From: Eledone cirrhosa
Taxonomy: Eukaryota
DNA: 64,000 bases
Direction: 5' to 3'
Assembly (NCBI GenBank): GCA_964016885.1
Contig: OZ024748.1
Coordinates: 3,844,001 to 3,908,000, forward strand
The position numbers and the translations under genes were made by a program. Every line of letters begins with the position of its first letter. The first letter of the stretch is position 1. The notes under the pieces were generated by a model, which saw only the letters and a program-made list of their open reading frames with translations, made no database searches and had not been told where the DNA came from. Of the stretch, positions 13,250 to 27,047 are shown piece by piece.

Positions 13250-15207
13250 ATGTATATATATATATATATATGTGTGTATGTATATATATATATACAGGGT
13301 GTTTAAAAAAATTTAATATCATTTGAGATGTAAATATCCCAGAAGCCACAAGGTCTAAGACAACGAGACTAAGCAGGCTCCATGTTGAGTAACAAGATTT
13401 ATTCCTCAAAACATGTCCATGTTATAACAGTGGTGGTGGTAGTGCTTGTAGTAGTAGTGGTGGTGGTAGTAGTAGTGGTGGTGGTGGTGGTGGTAGTGGT
13501 GGTGGTGGTAGTAGTATTTGTGTATGTGGTAGTGGTTTTTGTAGTGCAGAAAATCTATGAAAGTACTATTTTTAATTTGCTGCAGTGAGTAGTGGAGGTA
13601 GGGTGGGGTGTTGTAGAGACTTAGAGTAGATGGTGGTGGTGGGGCTGGTGGTGTATGTAGTGATGGTGGTGGTGGTGGTGGGTGGGTGGAGATGTTTGCA
13701 GTGACGGTGGTGGAGATGTATGTAGTGATGTTGGTGGGGGGGCTGGTGGTGTATGTAGTGATGGTGGTGGGGTGGTGGAGATGTATGTAGTGATGTTGGT
13801 GGTGGGGCTGGTGGTGTATGTAGTGATGGTGGTGGGGTGGTGGAGATGCATGTAGTGATGGTGGGGCTGGTGGTGTATGTAGTGATGTATGTAGTGGTGG
13901 TGGTGGTGGTGGTGGTGTGTGACACTTCATCTAAAAAATGGAGCAGATGGAGTTGACTGAGGGTTAGGTGGAGGAAGGGGGAGGACAGTGGTGAGAGGGG
14001 GAGGACAGTGGTGAGAGAGGGGGAGGACAGTGGTGAGAGAGGGGGAGGCAGAGAAGAGGAGAAAGCCAGAGTGTTAATATAAATGTTTGTCAGTGTGTAT
14101 GTATGTGTATGTATGTATGTGTAAGTGTGTGCATGTATGTGTATGTGTGTGTATGACAGTGACACTGTATATGTGTGAAACTGTGTATATAACACTATAT
14201 ATATATATATGTGTGTGTGTGTGACAGTGTGTATATACGTTTGTGACTGTGTATGACAGTGTATGTGTGACTGTGTACGACAGTATGTGTGACCGCGTGT
14301 GTATGTGTAATTGTGTGTATATGTGTATGTGTGACTGTGTGTATGTGTGACTGTGTGTATGGCAGTATATGTGTATGTGTGACTGTGTGTGTATGACAGT
14401 ATATGTGTATGTGTGACTGTGATTGTGTGTGCATGTGTGACTGTGTATGACAGTATGTGTGACTGTGTGTATGACAGTATATGTGTGACTGTGTATGACA
14501 GTATGTGTATGTGTGACTGTGTGTATGACAGTATATGTGTATGTGTGACTGTGTGTATGACAGTATATGTGTATGTGTGACTGTGTGTATGACAGTATAT
14601 GTGTATGTGTGACTGTGTGTGTATGACAGTATATGTGTGACTGTGTGTATGATAGTATATGTGTGACTGTGTGTGGTGAAGATGTTAGAATATGTGAAGA
14701 GGAAGAGAGATGTGAATTGTATTGATTGGAGTTGATAGAGAGTGGTGGGGTGAGGAGTGGCAGTGGAAGAGAGAGTGAGAGAAGGAGTGAAAGTCGAGGA
14801 GAGAGAGAGGGAGGGAGAGAGAGAAGATATATAAACAAACACATAAAGCTATGTCACACACATGGGAGCCTCTATGTGGTAATTCTCGAATTGCTAAAAA
14901 TAGTAGCCAAATCTCAGGAGTGACATATTGTATAATGTAATCCTAGATACACAATACCCAAATGTAGAATATTTCAATACTTCTGATCATAGGTCTACTC
15001 AATATGGGCTGACCTGGGGCTAAACAACACCACCACCAACAGCAACAACAACAACACAATCACTCAAGCATGAAACAATATTAATAGATAGCCAAAAAAT
15101 AAATTAAATAACAACAATAACACAAAACAAAAATAAAAACAACAACAACAATAACAACACAAAATAAAAAAATAAAAAAAGGGGCTGCCAAAAGACAAAG
15201 GCCTTAC

Positions 15208-15284
15208 TTGATCCCTAAATTCATGGTTTCTGAAGTTCCAATCATAGAAATAGCCAATAACATATTGTTACAGATCTTGGCAGC
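15208..15284 (-). CDS. HIBADH: HIBADH exon 7 (catalytic Lys motif)
   Basis: 77 nt, AAKICNNMLLAISMIGTSETMNLGI; AG/GTAAG boundaries. Confidence 0.95.
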
Positions 15285-15579
15285 CTGGAATATTGGAGAG
15301 AGAGAGAGAGTGTAATAACATGGCAGAGATTTTGGAACAGATAGCATCACAATCATCACCACCACCACCACCATCTCTACCACCACCACCACCATCTCTA
15401 CCACCATCACCACCATCTCTACCACCACCACCACCACCATGATCATCATCTCTACCACCAACACCACCATCATCACCATGACCATCTCTACCACCACCAC
15501 CATCACAATCATCTACCACCAGAATCCCCATCTCTACCACCACCACTACCATGATCATGCTCAGCATCAGCATCACCAT

Positions 15580-16305
15580 CACAAACAGCACCCAGTCCAC
15601 ACTGTAAGGTGGTCGTGTAGGTGTCATGACAAACAGCAACCAGTCCACACTGTAAGGTGGTCGTGTAGGTGACACGACAAACAGCAACCAGTCCACACTG
15701 TAAGGTGTAGGTGACACAACAAACAGCACCCAGCCCACACTGTAAGGTGGTCGTGTAGGTGTCATGACAAACAGCAACCAGTCCACACTGTAAGGTGGTC
15801 GTGTAGGTGACACGACAAACAGCACCCAGTCCACACTGTAAGGTGTAGGTGACACAACAAACAGCACCCAGTCCACACAGTAAGGTGGTCGTGTAGGTGT
15901 CATGACAAACAGCAACCAGTCCACACTGTAAGGTGGTCGTGTAGGTGACACGACAAACAGCAACCAGTCCACACTGTAAGGTGTAGGTGACACAACAAAC
16001 AGCACCCAGTCCACACAGTAAGGTGGTCGTGTAGGTGTCATGACAAACAGCAACCAGTCCACACTGTAAGGTGGTCGTGTAGGTGACACGACAAACAGCA
16101 ACCAGTCCACACTGTAAGGTGTAGGTGACACAACAAACAGCACCCAGTCCACACAGTAAGGTGGTCGTGTAGGTGTCATGACAAACAGCAACCAGTCCAC
16201 ACTGTAAGGTGGTCGTGTAGGTGACACGACAAACAGCAACCAGTCCACACTGTAAGGTGTTCGTGTAGGAGACATGGCAAAAAGGCTCCCAGTCCACACT
16301 GTAAG
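15580..16305 (+). repeat. 48/48/42-bp higher-order minisatellite (138-bp period) derived from a SINE body
   Basis: Unit CACCCAGTCCACACTGTAAGGTGGTCGTGTAGGTGTCATGACAAACAG runs directly into a SINE tail (TTAGGAAGGGCATCCAGC...TGATGA, 16305-16475). Confidence 0.85.
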
Positions 16306-16548
16306 GTGGTTGGTGTTAGGAAGGGCATCCAGCCGTAGAAAACCTGCCAGAGACAGTTCTATATGAGTGAGACACGGTCTCCCGACCAATCCCGCATCAA
16401 GTGGAACAAAACCGTCCAACCCATGCTAGCGTGGAAGATGGATGTTAAATGATGATGCTGATGATGATGATGATGGATAAGGTGTACAGAGGAAGAAAGA
16501 GACAGTAGGGGTTTCCCCCTGATAAGGTGTAGTAACAAAGAAACTCAC

Positions 16549-16682
16549 CTGTCCGGTACCATTGGGACCACAGTGGATAACATTCTTGCCCATGAGATCA
16601 AGTATTTTCTTGGACTCAGTATAACCCCTTTCTGTCCCACCGACCATAAATGTAAGGAGGGCATCTCTGGCAGCAAGAACAC
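16549..16682 (-). CDS. HIBADH: HIBADH exon 6
   Basis: 134 nt, (G)VLAARDALLTFMVGGTERGYTESKKILDLMGKNVIHCGPNGTGQ; AG/GTGAG boundaries. Confidence 0.95.
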
Positions 16683-17308
16683 CTGTTTACAAAGACAATG
16701 AAAGTAGTACCTGGGTATTTATGGGGTGTTTATTGTACAGATGTGTATCATATTCCTTTCAGACATCAAAAGTATGTAAAGTGGAAGTGCTGGTGCCATG
16801 GTAAGATACACCTAGTCTGTAAAGTTGTAATGCTGGCATTATGTTAAAATACACATAGTACACTCTGTACAGTGGTATTGCTGGTGTCATGATAAAATAC
16901 ACCTAGTCCACTCTGTAAGATGGCAGTACTGGTGCCATAATAAAACATTCTGAGCCCATTGTGTAAAGTGGTAGTGCCCAATAAAACATCCAGCTCACAC
17001 TGTAAGATGGTAGTAGTGGTGCCATGATAAAACACATCCAGTATACAATGTAAAGTGGTTGGCATTAGAAAGGGCATCCAACCATAGAAAATAAGGATAA
17101 AATGGAATGTATGAGCGAGATGTGGACATTTGACTGGTTAAACCTCAGATTGTGGCAACCCATCAAACCGATGTAAAATAGATATTAAACGCGATAATGA
17201 TGATATTAGAACAATCATACAGCATCAACTCTTCCATTTAGCTCTTATAGTCTTAGACAGGTGAATCAACCATTACTCCAACACCACCCCATTGCCACTA
17301 CTACTTAC

Positions 17309-17430
17309 CTCCAGAGACAGGTGAATCAACCATCTCTCCCCCCAGTTCTTTAGCCTTTTCAGCCATTTCTTGTGACACAGCTGGGTCAATGGTACTACTG
17401 TCCATTACTAGTGTACCTTGTTGGAACTGG
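17309..17430 (-). CDS. HIBADH: HIBADH exon 5
   Basis: 122 nt, QFQQGTLVMDSSTIDPAVSQEMAEKAKELGGEMVDSPVSG; AG/GTAAG boundaries. Confidence 0.95.
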
Positions 17431-17459
17431 CTGTGGAATAGAAAGAATGGGATGTCATG

Positions 17460-18250
17460 GTTGATTGGTGACAGCTGTGGACAGGTAGACAGGTGGATGG
17501 GTGACACAGGGAGACTGGTGACAGCTGTGGACAGGAACACAGGGAGACAGACGACACAGGTGGACAGGTAGACTGGTGACACAGGTGGACAGGGAGATAG
17601 GTAGACAGGGAACACAGGTAAACAGGAGACACAGATGGACAGGTAGACTGGTGACAGCTGTAGACAGGTAGACTGGTGACAGCTGTAGACAGGTAGACTG
17701 GTGACAGCTGTAGACAGATAGACTGGTGACAGCTGTAGACAGGTAGACTGGTGACAGCTGTAGACAGGTAGACTGGTGACAGCTGTAGACAGGTAGACTG
17801 GTGACAGCTGTAGACAGATAGACTGGTGACAGCTGTAGACAGGTAGACTGGTGACAGCTGTAGACAGGTAGACTGGTGACAGCTGTAGACAGGTAGACTG
17901 GTGACAGCTGTAGACAGATAGACTGGTGACAGCTGTAGACAGGTAGACTGGTGACAGCTGTAGACAGGTAGACTGGTGACAGCTGTAGACAGGTAGACTG
18001 GTGACAGCTGTAGACAGGTAGACTGGTGACAGCTGTAGACAGGTAGACTGGTGACAGCTGTAGACAGATAGACTGGTGACAGCTGTAGACAGGTAGACTG
18101 GTGACAGCTGTAGACAGGTAGACTGGTGACAGCTGTAGACAGGTAGACTGGTGACAGCTGTAGACAGGTAGACTGGTGACACAGTTGGACAGGGAGACAG
18201 GGACATAGTTGAATGATGATACAGGTGGACAGAGACATAGGTGGACACAG
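17460..18250. repeat. 25-bp minisatellite (GACTGGTGACAGCTGTAGACAGGTA)n
   Basis: More than 20 near-perfect tandem units with degenerate edges. Confidence 0.9.
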
Positions 18251-18696
18251 AAGTCGGCAAGATTTGAACTCAAAATGTAAAGTGACATAACTCTATGTTG
18301 CACAGCATGTTGTCCGACGCTCAACTGATTCTGCCAATGCACCGTCCTAATAATAATAATAATAATGATGGTTTCTGATTTAGGAATAGAGCCAACAATT
18401 TGATGGGAGGGCAAAGTTGATTACATCAACCCTAGAATTTAACTGGTACCACATTTTATCAAACCTCAGTATTTGACTGGTACTACATTTTATCAAACTC
18501 CAGAAACAAGAGAGGTAAAGTTGATTACATCAACCCCAGTAGTTAACTGGTACTATATTTTATCAACCCCTAGTAACATGAAAGACAAAGTCAACCATGG
18601 CAGTATTTTCTAACAATGACACAAGATCACACCTGTATACCTTGTATCACCTGTACAGGTACAACAATGCTAGTGATAATTACGTTTTCTCCATAC

Positions 18697-18814
18697 CTGT
18701 AGACTCCATCAGACCCACAATATACAGTTCTGACGTGAGGACTGCTGGGTAACATTGTGACAATTGTCTTAGAAGATTCTGCCACAGCAGCAGGACAACT
18801 GGCCACTTTAGCAC
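18697..18814 (-). CDS. HIBADH: HIBADH exon 4
   Basis: 118 nt, (G)[38 protein letters not shown]; AG/GTATG boundaries. Confidence 0.93.
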
Positions 18815-18917
18815 CTGGAGACAGAAATAGTAAATTGATGAAACGGAGGAGGAAGAATAGAAAATAAAATACTGTAGCTTATATATATATATATATGTGT
18901 GTGTATATATATATATA

Positions 18918-19002
<85 letters not shown>

Positions 19003-19036
19003 ATATATATATGTGTGTGTATATATATATATGTGT

Positions 19037-19084
<48 letters not shown>

Positions 19085-19169
19085 ATATATATATATATGT
19101 GTGTGTGTATATATATATGTGTGTGTATATATATATATGTGTATATATATATATATGTGTGTGTATATA

Positions 19170-19222
<53 letters not shown>

Positions 19223-19226
19223 ATAT

Positions 19227-19556
19227 ATCATCATCATTTTACGTCCGCTTTTCCCTGCTTGCAAGGGTGGGACGGGAACTGATTGTAGCTTGATTTCTAC
19301 AGCTGGATGCCCTTCCTAACACCAACCTCATTTACAGTGAGTGCTGGGTGCTTTTTTGCCGTGGCACCTCCACGACCACTTTGCAGTGGAATGATAGGGA
19401 TCCCAGTCCCTATCATCTCATTTCTACAGCTGAGTAAACTGGAGCAATGTGAAATAAAGTGTCTTGCTCAAGGAAACAACACATCACCCAGTCTGAGAAT
19501 TGAACTCACAACCTTTCGATTGCAAGACCAATGCTCTAACCACTAAGCCATGTGCC
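19227..19556 (-). mobile_element. CORE-type SINE, same family as 405-700
   Basis: Reverse-complement copy with an extra internal ~25 nt; flanked by (TA)n. Confidence 0.85.
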
Positions 19557-19562
19557 TCCATA

Positions 19563-19615
<53 letters not shown>

Positions 19616-19622
19616 ATATATA

Positions 19623-19667
<45 letters not shown>

Positions 19668-19752
19668 ATATATATGTATATGTGTGTATATATATATAAA
19701 TATGTGTGTGTGTATACATATATATGGATGTGTGAATATATATGTGTGTGTG

Positions 19753-19806
<54 letters not shown>

Positions 19807-19809
19807 CAT

Positions 19810-20165
19810 ATATTCACAGGCACCAATGTTTCATTCCATATCTACCACTCATTCACCTGCACCTCCACCCACATAGTCTATGCCTTCCTGTGTTCCCTTT
19901 GCGGGTCCTTATACATCAGACAAACAGGACGCCACATGGCAGACCGATTTGCTGAACATTTGAGGAACATACAACTCAGTATGGATACTCCTGTCACTCG
20001 ACATTTCTGTTCCTCAGCTCACTTTTCCCTCCATGTCTCAGTCCTTGGTGTCCTTTTACATCACGGATCACAGACCTCATGCACCATGACTGAGCAGAGT
20101 CTGATTTTCTGCCTTGGGTCCAGTTTTCCAATGGACTCAACCCCCTTGCCCAATTTCTTTAATCT
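19810..20165 (+). mobile_element. Penelope-like element GIY-YIG endonuclease fragment
   Basis: FTCTSTHIVYAFLCSLCGSLYIRQTGRHMADRFAEHLRNI...PVTRHF matches the PLE pattern CxSxxVY...CxxC..YIGxT.R....R..EH. Confidence 0.85.
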
Positions 20166-20606
20166 TACAGACACATGTTCTTACTTCTCTACCCCTTGCC
20201 ACTGTCATGTTTACATCTCTACATTTACCTTCACAGCTCTGTACACACATTCCCTTATATGCACATATTTTGCTCACAGCCTTGTACTTACAAGCACACA
20301 CACACACATGCTGAAGCATGGAACAAACTACCTGCATCAGTTAGCTGTCGAGACACTGCATCCTTTAAAACCTCCATGCTTCCTGAGATTCACCAACACT
20401 ACACCTGATATCCCCCCTCCATACACACACACACACACATGTATTTCATGACTCGTATGCTGTTCATTTTCCTGACATTTGTACATTATTCTATGTACTA
20501 TACATGCACCTTTGATGAGTTGTAGTGCACCTGTGCACTGTACACAATAATTTTATTATTATTACTAAATAAAGAGGAAAAGTATGAAAGGTAAAGAATA
20601 TATTAC

Positions 20607-20733
20607 CAGCTTCCTTTAAAGAATTACAGGCAGCTTGTGAGAGGTCATACACCACAAGAGAATGTCCTTTCTTTATGAGATTATGTGCCATGTAAGCTCC
20701 CATATTTCCAAGTCCAATAAACCCAACGGTACC
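20607..20733 (-). CDS. HIBADH: HIBADH exon 3 (NAD-binding Rossmann motif)
   Basis: 127 nt, GTVGFIGLGNMGAYMAHNLIKKGHSLVVYDLSQAACNSLKEA; AG/GTAAT boundaries. Confidence 0.95.
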
Positions 20734-21256
20734 CTACAATAGAAATTTACAATTGTTGTTTGTTGTGGTAGTTGTAGAGGTAGTAGTGGTGGTAGTTGAG
20801 GTGATGATTGTGGTGGTAGTTGTGGTGATGGTGTTGGTGGGAATTATAGTTGTGGTGATGGTGTTGGTGGGAGTTGTAGTTGTGGTGTTAGTGGTGATGA
20901 TAGTTGTGGTGGTGGTGATGGTGACAGTGGTTGTAGTGATGGTGTTGGTGGGAGTTGATGGTGGTGGTGGTGACAGTGGTTGTGGTGATGGTGAGTGGTT
21001 GTAGTGGTGATGATGGTGGCGGTAGTTGTGGTAGTGGTGTTGGTGACTGGTTGTAGTAGAGATGGTGACAGTTGTAGTTGTAGTAGTAATGGTGACAGTT
21101 GTAGTGTTGATGGTGTTGGTGGTAGTGACAGATATGAAGAATGCTTTGGGATGTTGGTTGAAATGATGGATTAGGGAACTGTCTGGTTGACTGGTACAAC
21201 ATTGTTGTTGTTGTTGTCGTCATATTGCTTTTGTCACAGGGATTACTGAAGCAGAC

Positions 21257-21310
<54 letters not shown>

Positions 21311-23092
21311 CAGTCCCTAATGTGTGTGTAAATATTTGTTGGTGTATGAGAGTGTGTATATAAACACTAGTGTATGTGGGTGTGTTTGTGTGTGAGATAG
21401 ATAGATAGATAGCTAGCTAGAGATAGATAGAGAGAGAGATAGAGAGAGAGAGTCTGGGCAACATCGGTGGCGGTGGTATCCATGGGTGACTGCTGGTCTT
21501 CCACATACAATCTTATCTGGACTTGTGCCTCAGAGGGGAACTTTCTAGGTACAAATCAGAAGTCTTTACCCTTTACCCAGTATGGTAGCACGTTTCATGA
21601 CAATAGACAACATAAACTACTGGTAAATCTATTCCTGGATAGGAACCTAGTAATTAATCACTGGGAACTTTCTCCAAAATATTTGGTCCCTTTCTATTAC
21701 CTACATACCTACTAAGTTATCAGCAAAGCTAGACAAACTGATCCAATCACGAATGCTCTGGGATTGTGATGAGAGTGGGTAAATATCAAATATCTACCTG
21801 GATAGGAAGCTAGTAACTTATCATTGGTAATGATCCTTGAAGCAATATAACCCCCCACTCTCTCTCTATGATTCTCTCTTTCTCTAGCATTCCTTACAAT
21901 TTAATCCCCCCCCCCACTCTCTTCTATGTACTTCAATCTCTTTTTCTCTCTCCCTTTCTCTCAGCCTCATCATCACACCTTTATCCTCCCCCTCACTATC
22001 ACCCTCCTTCCACGTCTATCTCACTAACTCCCTCTCTACCCACTACTCTCTCAGCTGTTCAATGCAGTGGACCCCCCCCCCCCCCCTCTCCTTGCCCTGT
22101 CCAATCACAGCTGCTGTCATCAAGGTATCTGCAATTTGGTGACAGCAGCAGCAGACAAAGGGGTGGAGGTGGGGTGGAGGGTAATGTGAGTGGGGGTGTT
22201 TGGGTGGGTGGGAATGTAGAAGTTGTATCATTTTGGTCAGTTTGACCCACCACAACACCACTGTGCCATCATACCACACCACCACCACCACCACACGACA
22301 TCCCAATATATCCAACACCACACCACACCTTACATATCACACTCCACTACACCACACATCACCACACACCACCACACCACGCCACCACCACCACAGCACC
22401 ACCACAGCACCACACCACACCACCACCACACCACAGCACCACCACACCACAACCACCACACCACACCACCACCACCACACCACACCACCACCACCACAGC
22501 ACCACCACACCACACCACCACCACCACACCACACCACACCACACCATGCCACCACCACCACACCACACCACCACAGCACCACCACACCACACCACCACCA
22601 CACCACACCACACCATGCCACCACCACCACACCACACCACACCACCACAGCACCACCACACCACACCACCACCACACCACACCATACCACAGCACCACCA
22701 CACCACACCACCACTACCACACTACACCACACCACACCGCCACCACCACACCACACCGCCACCACACCACACCACACCACAGCACCACCACACCACACCA
22801 CAGCACCACCACACCACACCACACTCTCACATGGTCAAAGGTCAAATGGTGCTAAATATTCCAACATTGACAAAATTAACAGTGGCAGTGGTGATGTGGT
22901 GGTGGTGGTTGTAGTAGCAGTAATAGTAGTAGTAGTGGTGGTGGTGGTTGTGGTGACTGATGTGGAAGTGGTGGTAGTAGTAGCAGTGATTGTAGCCATA
23001 GTAGTAGTGGTGGTGGTGAGTGGTATTCCTGATTATGTCAAGATCACCAGAATATATTAAAAACACATCTGACCCTCTCCATCCTCTTTCAC

Positions 23093-23617
23093 ACTCTTTC
23101 CTCCCATCACTCTAACCCACACTCTCTCCTCCCATCACTCTAACCCACACTCTCTCTTCCCATCACTCTAACCCACACTCTCTCTTCCCATCACTCTAAC
23201 CCACACTCTCTCCTCCCATCACTCTAACCCACACTCTCTCTTCCCATCACTCTAACCCACACTCTCTCCTCCCATCACTCTAACCCACACTCTCTCCTCC
23301 CATCACTCTAACCCACACTCTTTCTTCCCATCACTCTAACCCACACTCTCTTCCCATCACTCTAACCCACTCTCTCTTCCCATCACTCTAACCCACACTC
23401 TCTTCCCATCACTCTAACCCACTCTCTCTTCTCATCACTCTAACCCACAATCTCTCCTCCCATCACTCTAACCCACACTCTCTTCCCATCACTCTAACCC
23501 ACTCTCTCTTCCCATCACGCTAACCCACACTCTCTCTTCCCATCACTCTAACCCACACTCTCTCTTCCCATCACTCTAACCCACACTCTCTCTTCCCATC
23601 ACTCTAACCCACACTCT
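23093..23617. repeat. ~27-bp minisatellite (CCCATCACTCTAACCCACACTCTCTCT)n
   Basis: About 20 tandem units. Confidence 0.9.
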
Positions 23618-24405
23618 CCCCTCCACCCAGTCATGTGTGTCTCCTTCTATCAGTTGGACAGGGAGTAGGTGACGTTTGCATGTCATATATATCTGTGTGT
23701 GTATATAAATATATGTTTATGTATGTATGTATGTATATATATGTATATATACACACACACACATATATTTACATATACATATGTATAAGTTTATATATAT
23801 ATATATATTTATATACTTACGTATATATATGTGTGTGAGTATGTATGAATAGATATATATCATATAGCGTGTATATGTGTGAAAGGTGGGTGGTTGCACA
23901 ATGAGGGATAAGTGCATGTATGTATGTATATATATTTATGTGTGTGTTTAAGGTGTGTGTATCAGATGCAGTTATTGGGACCTATCTACTGACAACTGTG
24001 TTGATAAAACATGGGAGAGTGGTATAGAGGAGAGAGGGAGGGATAGGATGGGTAGAGGGGAGAGGACAGGGAGGAGAATGGTAGAGGGGAGAGGAGGGTC
24101 CCATTGCAGTTTTTCTTATTAAACAAAGCAGAAAATTGTATGATTAGCAGATAGCAGTGACCATGGCAACCAGTCAACACACACACGCATATATATATAT
24201 ATATACACACACACACATACATAAACATAAACATATATACATGCATACATAAACCTATATGCATGCATACATACATAAACACATAAGCATCATGTACATA
24301 CATACAGACAGACAATATCCCAGTTCAATTCTCCTGCGTAATATCTTGAGCAAGTGTTTTATTACAATCAGATCAGATTGGGTTTCTTCAACTCATTTGA
24401 TAGGG

Positions 24406-24447
<42 letters not shown>

Positions 24448-24516
24448 TAGAAAGAGTCAGGGCCCTATGGCTGAGCTCTTGCTGTTTCAACAGCTACTTC
24501 CAGATTGGTTGTATAT

Positions 24517-24693
24517 AGACGCAGTAGAGGAAGACCACAAAAATCACGGGCGGAGGTGGCGAGAGGTGATCTCAGATTGCTGAAACTCACAGAGGAGATG
24601 ACGAAGGACTGCAATGAATGGAGAGATGCTGTGCTGAATAGGACCCGTCCCACCCTTGCAAGCAGGGAAAAGCAGATGTAAAATGATGATGAT
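24517..24693 (+). mobile_element. RTE-clade LINE 3' fragment, same family as 5796
   Basis: RSRGRPQKSRAEVARGDLRLLKLTEEMTKDCNEWRDAVLNR, then CCCGTCCCACCCTTGCAAGCAGGGAAAAG...(TGA)n. Confidence 0.8.
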
Positions 24694-24745
24694 ATATATA
24701 TACATACAGACATATATACATATTCCCATACACTCACACACATAA

Positions 24746-25086
24746 CTGTCAACATAATACTGTCAACATATTAATACTGTCAACATATCAATACTGTCAA
24801 CATATCAATACTGTCAACATATTAATACTGTCAACATATTAATACTGTCAACATATCAATACTGTCAACATATCAATACTGTCAACATATTAATACTGTC
24901 AACATATTAATACTGTCAACATATCAATACTGTCAACATATCAATACTGTCAACATATTAATACTGTCAACATATTAATACTGTCAACATATCAATACTG
25001 TCAACATATTAATACTGTCAACATATCAATACTGTCAACATATTAATACTGTCAACATATCAATACTGTCAACATATTACTGTCAA
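24746..25086. repeat. 17-bp minisatellite (AATACTGTCAACATATY)n
   Basis: About 20 tandem units just downstream (minus sense) of the HIBADH microexon donor. Confidence 0.9.
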
Positions 25087-25119
25087 TCTATTATAATTCA
25101 TGAAGTGTTTCCTGCTTAC

Positions 25120-25136
25120 CTTATCTGAAGCTGAGT
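25120..25136 (-). CDS. HIBADH: HIBADH exon 2, 17-nt microexon
   Basis: Long pyrimidine tract + TAG | ACTCAGCTTCAGATAAG | GTAAGC. Length 3n+2 exactly bridges phase-1 exon 1 to phase-0 exon 3 (adds DSASDK). Confidence 0.75.
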
Positions 25137-26726
25137 CTAGACAAAAGTAAAAGAAGAGAAATAAGACAAATTAGTTGAGATGTTTGGTAGTTTGAAGATG
25201 ATATAGTTTATAGTTAATATAGTACAACAAAATAACAAGGTCTTTAACCCTTTCATTATCATATGTGTCATGAAAGACACTACCTATGTTTGGTAGTTTG
25301 AAGATGATATAAAGTTTATAGTTAATATAAAATTCAACTATTTAAAATATTTAAATGTTACTGTTTAGAAGAGGGGTGTGTGGGGTGTGCTTTAGAACAT
25401 TCTGGATTGCTACTTTAATTCACAATAATTCTAAAGTGTTGTTTAGGAATAAAGCATATCACTGTAGGGGTGGGGCAATGTCACCTAACTTGATGTGAAA
25501 TAGGGGTGGGAGTATCACGAACAAATGCTGCAACACACTTCTGTACTACGCTTTAACAACTATGACATTTCACCTGTCTGTGTATAAGAATGTCAAGAAA
25601 TAAAGAACATATCTTTTGTATGTTGTATAGTTATTTATCTAGCACAGTGTATTTATCATTTTTGTGGTATAAATATTCCCACTGCTTTTAGTGGGTTTTT
25701 TTCTTGGTGTCACACTTTCCCGACTTTGTGTTTACTCTAGAGGAAAATTACTTTCTTAAGTTTGTATTCACTCTGTACGAAAATGTATTAACTTTTCGCT
25801 CTATTGAGTGCTTTATGACTGCCTCAAACAATTCGATTAATACCTGCTATATTGCTTCTACAACTTCGATTCATATCCAATATTATATATATATATATAG
25901 TACATACTTTCTTTCTCCTCCTCATTTTTATTCCCACCATCGTCAAGAAAATAAAACCTTCGTGAACGTGACGTTTCACCGAAAATATATCTAAAACAAG
26001 TTTTCAATAAGAGAAAAAAAACCTTCTATATAGTTACTTGCTGGAAAAAGCAGTCAAATTACACAGTGCCGTGTAAAAAAAAAGAATAAAACCTAGTCCT
26101 ACATGCATGAAAAAGAAAATGAGATGGGGTCACGGTTGGGATGCATTTAATTATGTCAGTTTAAATTACTGTTGTCTGGAGCTGAACGATAATAGTGATG
26201 TCGAAGAGTGGGCCGCTATTTATCTACATGATTCGGCTAGAAATAGCAGCCAAATCTGGCTTGAGTCCCACCTAACCTGTCTTAAGTACTGAAAGGACAC
26301 AACAGATTATATAACTGTATGTTTACGTACACCTAAAATTAAACAGGATAGTCACGGTTGGAATGATTTCACTAATAAATCTCACCTCTCAGAGCAGACT
26401 TGGAGTTAAACACAACACAATGATATATTTACAAATTAACCCTCAGGTATATAGGACAAACTATTTAAATACACAAAATGGCTTTGTTTGCATCTGGTCG
26501 AAAGCAAAAGTTTAATTAAGGGTATTATAGAGAAAGAAATGTAGATATCTTGTCGGATTCACAGAATGCATTTGGTCTACTCTGCTCAAACACACATACA
26601 CATGAGCCGACGAGGGCACTCTAACCCTAACAATAGCCGTAACCTTGTACATAAATACGAGCCGACAATGAAACCCTAAAAATAACTGTGACCTTAATCT
26701 TAATTCTAACTCTAATCCGTATACAG

Positions 26727-26759
<33 letters not shown>

Positions 26760-27047
26760 CAAGATTTTTAATTTTCTTCAAAGGAGATCTGTTTGTCAAT
26801 GATAGCCGTGTCGTGTGACAATACGAGATGGGTGCCACGATATTTTCATTTTAAAATTTATTATTTACTTGGCAATACATTGAAAAAAATACTTTATAAA
26901 ATTAACGTGCTATGGTGTGAAAAAGCTTAATATTAATTAATATAAAGATACCAATGTGTTGATGTTGTTTATTTAGAGGACAAATTAGGTTAGAAAACAA
27001 ACATGCAGCTTCGAACACCACGCACGTTGTAACAAAGATATTATTAC

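Noticed and set aside
12465-13409. Long [12 protein letters not shown] ORFs here and at 18680-19319, 54657-55331, 56810-57788 and 61731-62821
   Set aside because: Translations of (TA)n/(TG)n microsatellites, which lack stop codons. Only the short unique portions overlapping real HIBADH exons are meaningful.
15268-16419. 383-aa repetitive ORF (PYSVDWLLFVVSPTRP repeats) inside a HIBADH intron
   Set aside because: By-product of a 48/42-bp SINE-derived minisatellite whose units are multiples of three; no other coding evidence.
17255-17273. 19-nt intronic duplicate of the end of HIBADH exon 5 (AGACAGGTGAATCAACCAT)
   Set aside because: No usable donor follows it; most likely a neutral micro-duplication.
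17301-18414. Three overlapping ~300-aa ORFs
   Set aside because: A 25-bp minisatellite open in all frames; only 17309-17430 is a true exon.
23093-23617. Interstitial telomere (CTAACCC in every unit)
   Set aside because: Only one telomere-like heptamer per 27-bp unit; no (TTAGGG)n run.
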